A stretch of 64,000 nt of DNA from Octopus vulgaris (lineage: Eukaryota): NCBI GenBank assembly GCA_951406725.2, contig OX597827.1:12586001-12650000 (forward strand). Reading direction: 5' to 3'. Of this stretch, positions 12,133 to 28,557 are shown piece by piece. The translations under genes were made by a program, and so were the position numbers. Each line of letters begins with the position of its first letter. Positions within the stretch are counted from its first letter, which is position 1. Under the pieces are notes generated by a model. The model was not told the DNA's origin. It saw only the letters and a list, made by a program, of their open reading frames with translations, and did no database searches.

Positions 12133-12937
12133 AGCAAGAGAGGGAAAAGAAATATACTTCATTATCCACATTCAAATACACTTTCTAATCTAAGTTTATC
12201 TTATATATTTGTATATATATATATATACATACATACATATATATATATACATATATATATATAACTGAATTGATCTTTGTACACATATATACATAAACAC
12301 ATGTATATATATATATATGATTAGTACTTATCGACAGAGCACCGTTGAAAGACACTCAACATAGATATGATTTGAAAGTATCTTGACATGTATGAGAACT
12401 GTTAAATTACCGCATCAAAGGTAGCTTCTATTACAAAACTACACCTTTTTCATTTATAAAGAAAAGAAACTCTATGAGGTTAAATCAACATGTGGAAATG
12501 GCAATAATATTACCAATAATAATGTTTTTGGCTTATTTGCCTCAAGGATTTCTCTGAATGAGGGATGTTATGAGGATGAAAGTCTCAAAAACATGAGCCA
12601 AGAAAGGAATTAGAAACGGCAGCTAAATCCTCCCCCAAATCAAGCCCTAAGAGCAATGGGGTGAAATGCATAATTCCATGGAATAGATATAGAGGATGGT
12701 CAGAATTGCTCCATCAGCATTGTTCTGGGGTTAAACAACAGCAATATTTATCTTCGCTGCATAGTATAGTATTTGTATGATTCACACACATATACACACA
12801 CATACACACACACGCACATGTATTAAGATTACCTGTGTATTACATACACGCACAAACACACACATGAATATATGTGTGTGTGTATGTGTGTGTGTATATA
12901 TATATAAATGCATATGTATGTGTGTGTATATTTATGT

Positions 12938-12986
<49 letters not shown>

Positions 12987-13793
12987 TACAAAAAAAAGAT
13001 TAAATATATGTATATTTATGTATATATATAAATATATATATAATTATGTGTGTATTTATATATGTATATGTATATATGTATATATATATATGTAAATATA
13101 TATGTAAATATATATATTTATATTATATATATGATTGTATGTATGTATGTATGTATGTATGTATGTATGTATGTATGTATGTATGTATGCATGTGTGTAT
13201 GTATGTGTGTGTGTGTATACTACAACGCACAACAATGAATTATACCTGTGTAAGCATCATTATCATCGTGCCCATATTCAAACTGTTTTAAATCAAAAAA
13301 GAAACAATAACTCACTGACAGGAATTGAACCACCAATCTCTTATTTACCAGGAGTATGCTATCCACTACTCATTGGGTATGTCTATCCATAGCAAACTAA
13401 AATTGGTAATGGTGCTGATAGATGTAGACGCAGTGTTCAAAAGATAAATGCTTATGTAGACGTATGAGGTAGAAAAAGTAAAAACTTCAATCAAGTAAAA
13501 ACTATCATAACGTGAGTTTTTGTGTACACATATACACATACACAGACACACTCACATGCACACACACACACACACGCACACATACACACACATGTGCTCA
13601 CTAATAGTTAAGACCGATCATACACTATGCATACATATATATACATGCACACATATATACATACATACATACATTCTACCTCAACAAATTCCATCTGACC
13701 CATACAAGTATGGAAAAGTGCACGTTAAAACGTCGCTGAAGAAAACGGTGATGATGATGCGTATGCGTGTGTGTGTACATAAACACATGTATA

Positions 13794-13843
<50 letters not shown>

Positions 13844-13907
13844 TAAAAGAAGGAAAGAAATATACTTCATTATCCACATTCAAACGCACTTTCTAATCTA
13901 AGTTTAT

Positions 13908-13947
<40 letters not shown>

Positions 13948-13961
13948 CATACATACATACA

Positions 13962-13995
<34 letters not shown>

Positions 13996-14297
13996 AATAT
14001 ATATATACATATATATATCATGTGTGTGTATATGTATATATATACAGAGAGAGAGAGAAAGAGAGAGATATGTTTATATGTATGCATGCGTGTATGTATG
14101 TAATGTATGCAAGTATGTATATGGTGTAAATGTATATGCATACATATATATGTGCATAGAAGTGTACATATACACCAGCACGCATGCATGCATAAATACA
14201 TGTTGACATGCATACGTACGTACATACATTCCGCCTCAAAAAATTCCGTCTGACCCAAACAAGTGTGGAAAAGTGAATGTTAAAACGATGATAACGT

Positions 14298-14376
<79 letters not shown>

Positions 14377-14390
14377 TGAGTACATAATAG

Positions 14391-14427
<37 letters not shown>

Positions 14428-14620
14428 AAATACGTAACATATACCCATACATACTTGCATACATACATACATGTATTCATACATACATATATACATACAT
14501 ACATACATACATATATACATACATACATACGTATGTACAGACATGCATACATACATACATACATACATACATACATACATACATACATTCATACATACAT
14601 ACATACATACATACTTACGT
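12060..14620. repeat. Dense (TA)/(CA)/(TACA)n microsatellite region with small repeat fragments
   Basis: Seen directly. Confidence 0.85.
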
Positions 14621-15719
14621 ATACCAACTCACTTACATGCACACGTATTCATGCGAAAGTAAAGAATTTCAAGCCAAAGAAATCCGCTTACTTGTAAGAA
14701 TCCGTCCGATGGGTCCCTGTTAGATTCTCACTGTATGTTCTTAAGAAGAGTTTCCAGTTATTCTGCAGACTTGGAGTGGTAAGAGAAGGAGATAGGTGTA
14801 TACATATGCTTGTGCGTATGTGCGTGTGTGTTTGTGTGTATGTATGTGTGTATGTATTACAGTTTGTGCGAATTTGTTATATGTTGCCGTGTTGATGATA
14901 GTTTACAGACCGTAAGTTAAATGATCGGCTGGTTTAGAGAAAATGCAAGAGAAAGATTGAGCGAGTGTTGTATTTGTGTATGTGAAAGACGTTTAAGAGC
15001 GAGAGGAAGCGAAACTGAAAGCGAAAGTAAAAGTAGCTTAGCGTTGAAGAGCGTGAGAGAAAGAGAGAGAGAGCATGTGCTTCTGTTTATATGTCTATGC
15101 ACAATGAATGAATGGGCATGTCTCTCTCTCTCTCTCTCTCTCTCTCGCTTTCTCTTTCTCTCCCTCTTTTTCTCTCTGTATACGTGTGTATGATTTTCTC
15201 AACTTATTGTAAGCTGTACGTATGTGATTCACTGGGTGTATGTTCTCACCGTTTCGACGGTTACCTGTGTGTGTGTTTGTTTTTCTTCTTTTTTTGTTTA
15301 TAATGTATAAGCGAGTGTATTCTTATACCTATGCGTGCATGTGTGTATTCTTATCGTGTGAGTGTGCGTTTGTTTTATAATGTACGTGTGTATGTGTGAA
15401 TACTTACGAACTTGTGGTTCTTTTATATAAGTAAAAATGTGATGCGAGTCGGTGTTTGGTAAACTCTGTCTAATCCTGAATGCGCTTCGTTGTACAGGAG
15501 TCTATCGCTATGAATGTTCTCTCTCACTGCTTCTTAAACCGGCGCGTGTGAGTGTGTGCGCGTATCTGTGCATGTGTGCAGTTATACGCAAGTGCATCTA
15601 TGCGTATGCGAGCCAGTGTCAGAATCCGGTAATGCTTTTTTAACTTAAGTATGTGTATATATATATATAGATATATACATATGTATCTAGATAGATAGAT
15701 AGACAGACAGATAGATGGG

Positions 15720-15801
<82 letters not shown>

Positions 15802-15930
15802 TGTTTCTTTATTAGCCACACAGGGCTGCACACAGACAGGACAAAATTACAAGGTAAAGCTTTTCTTTTGGGGGTAAAAGAAGGGGGTTTGGTTTTCGAT
15901 CAACAGGGATCGTAAATGGAAAGAAAGAGG
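15802..15930 (-). mobile_element. Probable LINE 3' terminus within (GATA)n, related to the SINE B1 tail
   Basis: Reverse complement ends TTGTCC...GCCCTGTGTGGCTAATAAAGAAA, resembling the B1 tail. Confidence 0.55.
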
Positions 15931-16000
15931 ACAAAATAAGGGGGGGATATAATTTTTTTAAAAAATGGTGGGGGGAAGGAAGAAAAAAAAAAAGACAGAC

Positions 16001-16074
<74 letters not shown>

Positions 16075-16186
16075 GTAGATAGATAGACGTTTGTGAATAT
16101 GTATCTATAAAAGCATGAATATGAGTTTTGACACTGCTTGTTTAAGTGCGCGCATGTTATGTGTCTCCGTACGATGTTTGTAGGAG

Positions 16187-16249
<63 letters not shown>

Positions 16250-16899
16250 TTCTTTCTCTTTCTCTCTTAGTATTTTCGTAACCTGTGGCTTTGGGAACAG
16301 TTCTGACTGAAGTTCGCTGTTCTGTTCCGTTGTACGACCACTCACTGTATGCACTGATAGCTGTGGTCCTCAACTAAACACAATACTCAACACCACTGAC
16401 CATTAGCACTAGAACCACCGTCACCACCGTCACTACCATGACCACCACTTTTGTCATTATCTTTTAGTGCAGTCGCTAACCTCTACCAAATCTATTCGCA
16501 CTTCTGGCCTGCCGTTTCTCACTCCACCTTTTTTACCTAGCATTTCGTATACAAGCCATACACTTTCATACGCACGCACGCACGCACGCACGTATGCATG
16601 CATGCATGTATGTATGTATGTATGTATGTACGTACGTATGTATGGATGGATGTATGTATGTATGGATGGATGGATGGATATATGGATGCATGTATGTATG
16701 TATGCATGTATGTATGTACGTATGTACGTATGCATGCATGTATGTATGTATGTATGTACGTATGTATGTATGTACGTACGTATGTATGTATGTATGTATA
16801 CATATGTATGTGTGTGTGTGTGTGTGTGTACTACTGTTTTAACGTTTTGATATGTACATCTCTTTCACGTATATGAACTACTGACGATGTGTATACACG

Positions 16900-16957
<58 letters not shown>

Positions 16958-17295
16958 AGACAATTCAAATAAATAAAGAGCATGATACATCTGCAGTTTT
17001 TGCTATTACAGTCATAAATACAGGTGTATGTATGTATGTATGTATGTGTGTATGTGTTTGTGTGTGTACATGGGTGCAGGTGTGTGTGTGTACTTTGCCA
17101 AAGTTGGTTCGATCGAAGTTGATTACTTTCATATGATATACTCAATACAAAAGGCAAGTTTAGAGCTTCGTATATTTCTTATTCAAAAGTTTGCTCTTCA
17201 TACCCTACATACATGCATACTTTCAAACAAACAGACAGCTTGATAGATAGATATAGCATATATATATATATATAGTGTCTGTCTATCTATCAATA

Positions 17296-17377
<82 letters not shown>

Positions 17378-17402
17378 GCTATCTAACTATCTATCTAGCT
17401 AG

Positions 17403-17439
<37 letters not shown>

Positions 17440-17447
17440 CATGTATG

Positions 17448-17485
<38 letters not shown>

Positions 17486-17627
17486 TTCCCAACCACATAG
17501 TTCTGGGTTCAGTCCCACTGTGTGGCACCTTGGGCAAGTGTCTTCTACTATAGCCATGGGCCAACCAAAGCCTTGTGAGTGGATTTGGTAAATGGAAACT
17601 TAAAGAAGCCCGTTGTGTGTGTGTGTG

Positions 17628-17701
<74 letters not shown>

Positions 17702-18056
17702 CTCAAAACCAGGCGCAGCCACATTCACAAACATGTTTTCTTTTTCTACAAGTGTAAACAGTTGTAACAGAAAGATAAGTTTATGACAAAATGTTAAGTC
17801 AGTCATTTGATAAATAGAGATTGATGAAATATGTATCACTATTAAAGAAGTCCTTGGGGCTGGGGCTGATCTCATCTACAAAACTCTTGAAGGATATGTC
17901 ACAGGCTGGTCTTAGTCCACTGTCTAAGTCCAATACAACAATATGTAACTATGTATTTACTAGTGAATGAACACATACACACATACACATACAGACGTGC
18001 ACACATGCACTCCCCTTACACACACACAGAGCTTACATATATATAAAAATGTATAT

Positions 18057-18409
18057 AGGCGCAGGAGTGGCTGTGTGGTAAGTAGCTTGCTAACCAACCA
18101 CATGGTTGCGGGTTCAGTCCCACTGCGTGGCATCTTGGGCAAGTGTCTTCTGCTATAGCCCCGGGCCGACCAATGCCTTGTGAATGGATTTGGTAAACGG
18201 AAGCTGAAAGAAGCCTGTCGTATATATGTATATATAGGCGCAGGAGTGGCTGTGTGGTAAGTAGCTTGCTAACCAACCACATGGTTGCGGGTTCAGTCCC
18301 ACTGCGTGGCATCTTGGGCAAGTGTCTCCTGCTATAGCCCCCCGGGCCGACCAATGCCTTGTGAGTGGATTTGGTAGACGGAAGCTGAAAGAAGCCTGTC
18401 GTATATATG

Positions 18410-18448
<39 letters not shown>

Positions 18449-18660
18449 TTGTGTGTCTGTGTTTGTCCCCTTAGCATTGCTTGACAACCGATGCTGGTGT
18501 GTTTACGTCCCCGTCACTTAGCGGTTCGGCAAAAGAGACCGATAGAATAAGTACTGGGCTTACAAACAATAAGTCTCGGGGTCGATTTGCTCGACTAAAC
18601 GCAGTGCTCCAGCATGGCTGCAGTCAAATGACTGAAACAAGTAAAAGAGAGAGTAAGAGT
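18057..18660 (+). mobile_element. SINE family A with a tandem duplication of its 5' 179 bp
   Basis: 18057-18235 is repeated at 18236-18415 with shared private variants. Confidence 0.92.
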
Positions 18661-18949
18661 ATAGCTATGTAGAGTTAATTATAATTATACCTGATCATGT
18701 ATTTAATTAACTGTGTGGTTTTATGTCTATGTTTGTGTGCATGTATGTATATGCATGTGTATGTATGTGTGTATATATGTATGCATGTATGTAAACATAT
18801 AATGTTGTGAGTGTTGGGATTGTGTGTATATATGAATGATAATAAAATCCTTTATTTTTGTTTGTGTACAATCTATATCTATATAAATACACAAGTTTAT
18901 AAATATACCTAAATCTATATAGGATATATACGCACGTGTGTACATGGGT

Positions 18950-20310
<1,361 letters not shown>

Positions 20311-21786
20311 GGAATGAATGAATGAAACCAAAGAATATTTATTACATAATGCTGGCTAGAAAATGGCTTCCTAAATATAACTGTTCATAAATGAGAACAA
20401 AGAATTGATGCAGAGAAAAAAAAAAAGGAAAAAAAACCATAGAAGAACAGAAAGGATTTTGCAAACAACTTTTCCAGAAAACTATTTGTTATATAAATTC
20501 TATATATATGAAAATTTCTATATCTATGTATAGTTTATTAATTGAAATGAAATTATTCCATGTTATCTGGTAGGAGATGTGGAATACTAAATATAGTTTT
20601 AGATTGCTGGCATGATACAAAGATCAAAATATCTGTTGTTGTTTTTTTTATATCTTAATTTATATTTTTTTCTGGATAATATTGAATAAAAATGAAAAAA
20701 AATATTGGCGGAAGAAATTAATTTTCATTTTATAAATTAATTTTTATTCAATTTTCTTCTATTTTTATTTTTAATATTTCATTTAATCTTTCTAGCTGTT
20801 TATTTCTATGACAACTATTGATGACTTTTGGAGAGATCCTAAGATAGATTTTCCTTCCAAAAATCTGTCCCTCAGTGTCTGAAAACATTATGAGTTTAAT
20901 ATGACTACTCAATACATAGATTATCTCTGGAAATTGGAACAAAATTTCTTCATCCTTAAATGGATTTCAGATTTTAAAACCATTAATTTTGAAAGAAACT
21001 AAGCTCTACAATATTTTTCTCTGATTCACCATTATTATCATTGTTAATTGTTTATTATATTTCGCATTTTTCCTTTTTATTGTAATCATCATTATTATTA
21101 TTATTATTGTTATTTTTTTATTTTTTTCTGATTTCTAAATTAGAAAGAATTTTCTGGAATCTGATAAGCTATTTCTAATGAAATATATTGGCAGTAATTC
21201 ATTATCAAACTATATAACTATTCATCTAGTGAACAGGAAAATAATTAATGGTCGTGATAAAATGCTGCAGATTTGCACAGATTTTGCTTTATTTCTCATT
21301 TTATCGTTTAAATAGCAAAGATGTTGTTTAAATGATGGCAAATTTGTAGCTTTTAAATAACTTCTAGCTCTCTCTCTCTCTATCTCTCTCGCTCTATCTA
21401 TGTATCTCTTTCTCTTTTAACCTTCTCTTCTTTCTCTTTCCCCTCTCTCTCTCTCTCATTTCCTTTTTCTCACATTCTCTTTCCTTTATCTTCTCTTCCA
21501 ATCTTTATATCTTTCTTTCCTCCTCCCCGTCTCTTTTATCCATCTATTTCTCTCTCCCCCCCCCCCACCTCCCAATCATATTTGCATTCTGAAACAGCTC
21601 TTTCTTCACTCCTCCTCCTCCTCTCCTTATTTTTCACTTCTTTCTCTTTTTCTTCTTTTTCTCTGTCTCCTTTTATTTCATTGTCATTGTTTTCCATCTT
21701 TTTCTCTTTTCTTTTCCCCTCGCTAACTCTATTATGTTTTTCTCTCTTTTTTTTTTTTTGTCTCTATTAATGTCTTTTGTCTTCAC

Positions 21787-21825
<39 letters not shown>

Positions 21826-23480
21826 ATTCCATCTCTTTCTCTCTCTCTCTCTCATTCTATCTCTTTCTCTCTTTCTCTCTCGCTCGCTCTTTCTCTCTCT
21901 CTCTCATATTTACTCTCCTGCTAATTGCTTTCAAATTTTTGGTAATGACAAAAAAAGAAAAGACAAAACAAAACAAACAAAAAAATAAAACAAAACAAAA
22001 CAAAATAGTCACAAGTAAAAACACAAAATAAATAGTAAAACTGAAAAATTTGCTCGATGCATCACATTTTAATTTCATTTTAGGTTAATGCCGTTAGTGG
22101 CAATTTAACTAACATTAATACAGTTTATCATAGTGTTGAATTTATCTTAATTTTGGCCTCACTTCAATGATATTAGTTCAACGTTAACTTTGCTGAGAAA
22201 TAAAACAAAATTCAATGCTTTATTGAAATCAAATTGATGTACTTGTTATTCTTGGTGTTTTTTTTTCTTTTAGTTAGTTGTTCTTCTCTATTGTTGTTGT
22301 TGTTGTTGTTGTTATTGCTATTGGTGTTGGTGCCAGTATATTAGTTATGGCGATGGTGGTTGTTATTGTATTAGCATTGTTGTAGTCGTTACCGTTTCGT
22401 CATAAATTCTCCCTAACGGAACAACTCTGAATTGTCAAGATTTTTAAAAGAGACTAAATTCCTCGATATAATTGGTAATCTGAAACTGACCGTTCCATAC
22501 CGTAGCATAACATGCCATACCATCCCACCTCATCACACCTCATCACACCTTATTTTTCTCGTACATTATTGTATGTTCCCAATTTCAGCTTTACATTTCC
22601 TGTGTAGGTGGACCCAAAAAGCTTATTGACACTATCCCTTCTCCTTAAGCTGGCCAATCAATAAAAATTAAAACCTTTATTTTTTTCTACTTGCGCACTC
22701 CGTTTCTCCCATCATGCTCTCTCTCCCATCATCTTCTCACTCTTATTCTTCTTCTGTTGTTGTTGTTGTTTCTCACTCTCTCTCCCTCCCTCTCTTTCTC
22801 TCTCTTTATCCATCGATTTCTTTATCTATTAATCTATTTCTCTCTCTTAGCTTCTTCTCGCTCTCTTTTCTTTCCTTCTCTCTATTACTTATTCTTTCTT
22901 TCTTCCTCTTCTCTTTCCTTCTCTCTCTCTTTCTTTCCTTCTCTCTCTCTTTCTTTCCTTCTCTCACTCTTTTTCCTACACTTGCTCCCCTTCTTTCACT
23001 CATTCATTCTTTTCTTCTTCCCTCTCTCTTACACTCCCTCCCTCTCTCTCTCACTCCCTCCCTCTCCCTCACACACCCTCCCTCTCTCACACTCCCTCAC
23101 ACGCCCTCCCTCTTTATCTATTTTATCCCCTCTCTTGATCACATTACCTTGTATAAAAGGCAACATACAGTAGGGGGGACCCTTTAATCTTGTGAGCTAC
23201 AAGGCAATCTCACTTGTTCCGGTCCTACAGTAAATACACCAAATACACTCAGCTTACAGAATGGTTGGCAAATGAATGGAGACATGTAGAATCAAAAGGG
23301 ACCCTTTTAGTTTTGCTGAAGACATGATAACCACTTTAGTGTTGGTGCCATTGTAAAATGTATCAAGCACACTTTGTAAATTGGTTGGCAAATGAACAGA
23401 GACAACATAAATTTAAAACTGATGGAAACATTTGGGTGCAAGTGTTTTAGCAACAATGCTTTTTGGCACTGAACACAAAC

Positions 23481-23546
<66 letters not shown>

Positions 23547-23748
23547 ACACACATACACATATACACACATACACACATGCATATGCATGCAGAAATATAC
23601 AAATAGAAATAGAAAGAGTAAGAGAGGGGGGGCAAGGAGAGACATTACAAATCATTAATTGAACATAATTGATACAAACATTTGTCCTCTCTTCATACAT
23701 CGAGAGAAATATGGTCACATACACGAAGAGACTCAGACAGAGAGAGGA

Positions 23749-23779
<31 letters not shown>

Positions 23780-25675
23780 AAGGAAGAGAGAAAGAGAGGG
23801 AGAGAATGAGAGAATCATTAAAACATCTGATATCAAATAAATCAATGATGCCAAAACGTTTCATACCTTGATTAAAAGCATCCTTCAATCTTGGCTAAGT
23901 GATAACAGCCTCTGTAATACCACAGTAACATGTACTCACTTCACCCTTTAGTGTGTTGTCATTAGAAAGGGCACCCAGCTATAGAAATTATGCTAAAAAT
24001 GAAGAATAAGAGAGAAGCATAGCCCTAGAACCTATTAGAAGGGGTGAAACTCCAAATAATTTAGCTCAGACTATGAGAACCAATCCAGCTCATTTTAGCA
24101 TGGAATCTGGATGTAACACGATGGAGATCTTACGATGAATTATGTTCTAACATGCTTTTACAATAGATTAGGATTATAAAGAAGCAGTGAGAGATTTTTA
24201 TCTACAAATGCTTGTAGTACACCATGGGTATTGTTGCACAATAATAAAGGTAAGGTCGAGCATTATTTTATAATACAAGTGATATTTATTGTTGTTGTTG
24301 TTGTTGTTATTGTTATGTAACCTTGGTTCAAAGGCTTTCCAGCTTTAAACCATCCAATCCTTTATTCAATCAGTGTATCTAAGATTAGTGATAGCTGACC
24401 TATGACATGCATATCGCCAATGGCAACAAACCTATGGTATGTGTATCAGACTGTTTGGTATTTATGGGGTGCAAGTGATTTTCAAAGCAAAACTCTACCT
24501 TTAGCATCATGTAGTACAAAATATTCTATAAACTAATATATATATGTGTTCATGTGAAAGACATTTCAACATCAGAACCAATGAAAGAAATTAAAATTTA
24601 AAGACATTGGGCTATAAAGGTTAGCAAATCACTGATCTAAGACAATATTACCCAATATGTCCTTCATTTTAAAACTATAATAAAGTGACATTTGAGTAAG
24701 TTTGGCTGCTATTTCTTTTTGAAGGTGGTGTGACCTTCTAGAGACTCCTTTGTTGGTTTGAAAGGCTATACAGTTAGAATGGAAGAGTACAATGCCTGTG
24801 TGAATGGCATTATACTTTATATAATAGTATAGAAAATGCTGTGTTGAGAAAAATAGTGAAGAATTATGAATTAGCAGTATATCCTAAATAAATGGCCCTT
24901 GTCGATATTCCACCGATTTTTAGTATTATTATCAATATCCTATTTAGCATTAAAGCTTCAGAACAGAGAAAAAGAAAGCAGGCTTTTTCTTCCTTTTTTT
25001 CCTTTTTTTTTTTTTGAGAGAGAGAGAGAAAGAAGCCTTGAGCTTCCTGGTCTAATGGTTTCTTCATTGTACTATTCTTTGCTTACTGACACAGACAAAC
25101 AGTTAGGTAATTTCCAATTTTGGCAAGAAATACTGCAAAAACACAAAAGAACCAAAAACAAGTATAATCCCTCACCCTTTTCCCAACCACCACCACCACC
25201 ACCACCACCACTACCAACAACAACAACAACAGCAACAACACCTCGCTTCCCTCAGATTATTTATTGCTCATAAAGAGAGATGTGAAACCTGTTATTTTTA
25301 CATCAAGTTGATTTTTGTGCCTTTGACAGCTATTTTGGGAGGTTTTATAGGATTTGGTCAAAGCTTTCATGTTAAAATGTCAGCCGAGACAAATTTCCAA
25401 TATTCAGTTACTACTACAGATTGCCAAATCCATGTTTCCTTTGAATTCACACAACCGAATGCAGTAACAGATTTTAGCTTTTTGACGTAGCATAGATATC
25501 TTAGATATTGGTCTTGATTTATCAGGAAAGCAGGTAAGATTTACAATCCAGCCTCTATGCTCGGATAAGAAGTAAATTGCTTGCTGCTAAGGAAGAAAAT
25601 AAAAGAAAATCATACATAGTTTTTGAAGTTATGTTGTGAAGTGACTTTGTTCCTTGCGTTATTATTAAACCATGA

Positions 25676-25893
25676 ATATATTATTATTGTTGTTATTATT
25701 ATTATTATTGTTGTTGTCACACTTATTGCTTTTATCATTCTTCTTCTTATTATTATTATCATTATTATTATTATTATTATTATCATGATTATCTTTATTA
25801 TTATTATTACTATTATTATTATTATTATTATTGTTGTTATTATTATTGTTGTTGTGACACTTATTGCTTTTATCATTATTATTATTACTATTA

Positions 25894-25939
<46 letters not shown>

Positions 25940-25983
25940 CATTATTATTATTATTACTATTATTATTATTATTATTATTATTA

Positions 25984-26017
<34 letters not shown>

Positions 26018-26052
26018 CATCATCATCATCATCATTATTATTATTACTATTA

Positions 26053-26107
<55 letters not shown>

Positions 26108-26163
26108 TATTATTATTATTTTTATCATCATCATCATCATTATCATTATTATTATTATTATCA

Positions 26164-26206
<43 letters not shown>

Positions 26207-26256
26207 TATTATTACTATTATTATTATTATTATCATCACCGTCATCGCCGTTATTA
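25676..26256. repeat. ~580-bp (ATT/ATC)n microsatellite with an internal duplicated block
   Basis: Seen directly; the block GTTGT.ACACTTATTGCTTTTATCATT occurs twice. Confidence 0.95.
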
Positions 26257-26258
26257 TT

Positions 26259-26548
26259 CAGTCGGTCTTATTTTTATTGCGTGCTGTCGTAGCACAACCG
26301 AACTTAGCTCTGTGGACCTTGGGTTTTGTAATATACTGTTTTATTATTGTCTTGTAATTTCTATTGTATTGAAATGTGTATGCAGTGTCTAACAGTGCTA
26401 TTTTTCTATGCATTGTGTGTGTATATATATATATGAGTAACTCCTGGGTTTCAGGGTGATCTTATGTGTCTGCCTCTTTTGTATGTCAATTCCCAAGGCA
26501 TCCATTATAATAGGGATTGTTTCTACTTTCTGTAGCCTCCCAATATCG
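26259..26548 (-). mobile_element. Diverged 3' fragment of an R4/Dong-like element (R-d related)
   Basis: Minus strand reads ETIPIIMDALGI; the UTR resembles 3195-3265 and ends CTG|AATAAT. Confidence 0.7.
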
Positions 26549-26615
26549 TTATCATCTCTATCATTTCTTCTTCTTCTTCTTATTCTTATTCTTTCTGCTT
26601 CTTCTTCTTCTTCTT

Positions 26616-26646
<31 letters not shown>

Positions 26647-26775
26647 TTTCTGCTTCTTCTCCTTCTTCTTCTTCTTCTTCTCCTTCTTCTCCTTCTTCTC
26701 CTCCTCTTCCTCCTCCTCCTTCTTCTTCTTCTTCTTCGCTTACTATTACTACTATACTGCCATCAATGCCACCAA

Positions 26776-26816
<41 letters not shown>

Positions 26817-26879
26817 TTGCTGCTGTTGTTATCATTGTCACTACCAATGTCACAACCATTACCACCATTACTACTATGT

Positions 26880-26918
<39 letters not shown>

Positions 26919-27243
26919 CAGCAGCAGCAGCAGCAGTAGCAGCAGCAGCAGTAGCAGCTGCAGTCCAGATTGGAGCATGTTACCCAAAGTTTGTTTATGG
27001 AAGTTCAGTCTGTCAGACAGACACATCTGTAATGGCTAATCTCACTTAAGATGGAGTCTGCTATGACCTTCGGAAACGTGGACATGTTTCCAGGAGCAGT
27101 GATTCTCACTAGGACTTTTGAACAGTTACTGAAAATGTACCCAAAGGTTCTGTTCTTCATATACAGTGGGGTGAAAGCTGCGGAAACCAGAGTCACTAGT
27201 TTACACCCAATACCTGAAGATTGCTTTTTTTCTGAAACATACC

Positions 27244-27477
27244 TATTTCTTTATTACCCACAAGGGGCTAAACATAGAGGGAACAAACAAGGACAGACAT
27301 AGGTATTAAGTCGATTACATCGACCCCAGTGCGTAACTGGTACTTAATTTATCGACCGCGAAAGGATGATAGGCAAAGTCGACCTCGGCGGAATTTGAAC
27401 TCAGAACGTAACGGCAGACAAATTACGGCTACGCATTTCGCCCGGCGTGCTAACGACTCTGCCAGCTTGCCGCCGTC
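27244..27477 (-). mobile_element. SINE family B1, full length with ~17-bp TSD
   Basis: TTTTTC(T/A)GAAACATACC at 27227-27243 and 27478-27494. Confidence 0.92.
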
Positions 27478-27650
27478 TTTTTCAGAAACATACCAATGTC
27501 TATGCCAGTACTTCTCAACCTACTTTACCCCAGACTCCAACTATAACTTTCCAGAAAAATGTATGCCACACTGGTAGTTTGGAAAAAAAACATTATTTTT
27601 AATGCTTCATAACAATATACTTTCCTTAAAGAAATATCCACATATCCACT

Positions 27651-27803
27651 GGCATGACTGTGTGGTAAGAAGCTTGCTTCTCAACCACATGGTTCTGGGT
27701 TCAGTCCCACAGCATGGCACACTGGGCAAATATCTTCTACAATAGCTTTGAGAAAACCAAAAGTCTTGTGAGTGGATTTGGTAGATGGAAACTGAAAGAA
27801 GCT

Positions 27804-27861
<58 letters not shown>

Positions 27862-28079
27862 TTTTATTTTTTTTATTTGTATTAGCCATTTGACTTGCAG
27901 CCATGCTTGAGCACCACTTTTAGTCGAACAAATTGACCCCAGGACTTATTCTTTGTAAGTCTAGTACTTATTCTATCATTCCCTTTTGCCGAACTGCTAA
28001 GTTACGGGGATATAAATGCACCAGAATCGGTTGTCAAGCGATGATGGGGCAACAGACAAACACACAAACATATACATAC

Positions 28080-28110
<31 letters not shown>

Positions 28111-28141
28111 CATACACACACATATATATATATATACATAC

Positions 28142-28204
<63 letters not shown>

Positions 28205-28421
28205 TGGGCATCTCTCAGTTTCCATCTCCCAAATCCACTCACAAGGATTTCAGCGCTTGACAACCTGTGTTGGTGTGTTTACATCCCCATAACTTAGTAG
28301 TTAAGCAAAAGAACTGGTCTAAAAATAAGCCCTGGGTTCGATTTGTTTGGCTAAAACGCCTCAAGGCAGTGCTCCAGCATGGCGACAGTCAAATGACTGA
28401 AAGAAGTAAAAGGATAAAAGA
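27651..28421. mobile_element. SINE A (+) split by a second SINE A (-, about 27860-28250)
   Basis: Plus-strand 5' half at 27651-27810 and 3' half at 28255-28421. Confidence 0.75.
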
Positions 28422-28557
28422 ATATCCACACTAATGCATTGAAGGATTTCTTTCTCATTATTTGGATCATCTTTACATACTTATATACATATTCATGTGC
28501 CTGTATGTGTGTGGAGGTACATGGCTTAATGGTTTGGGTGTTTGCATTCATCATTAT

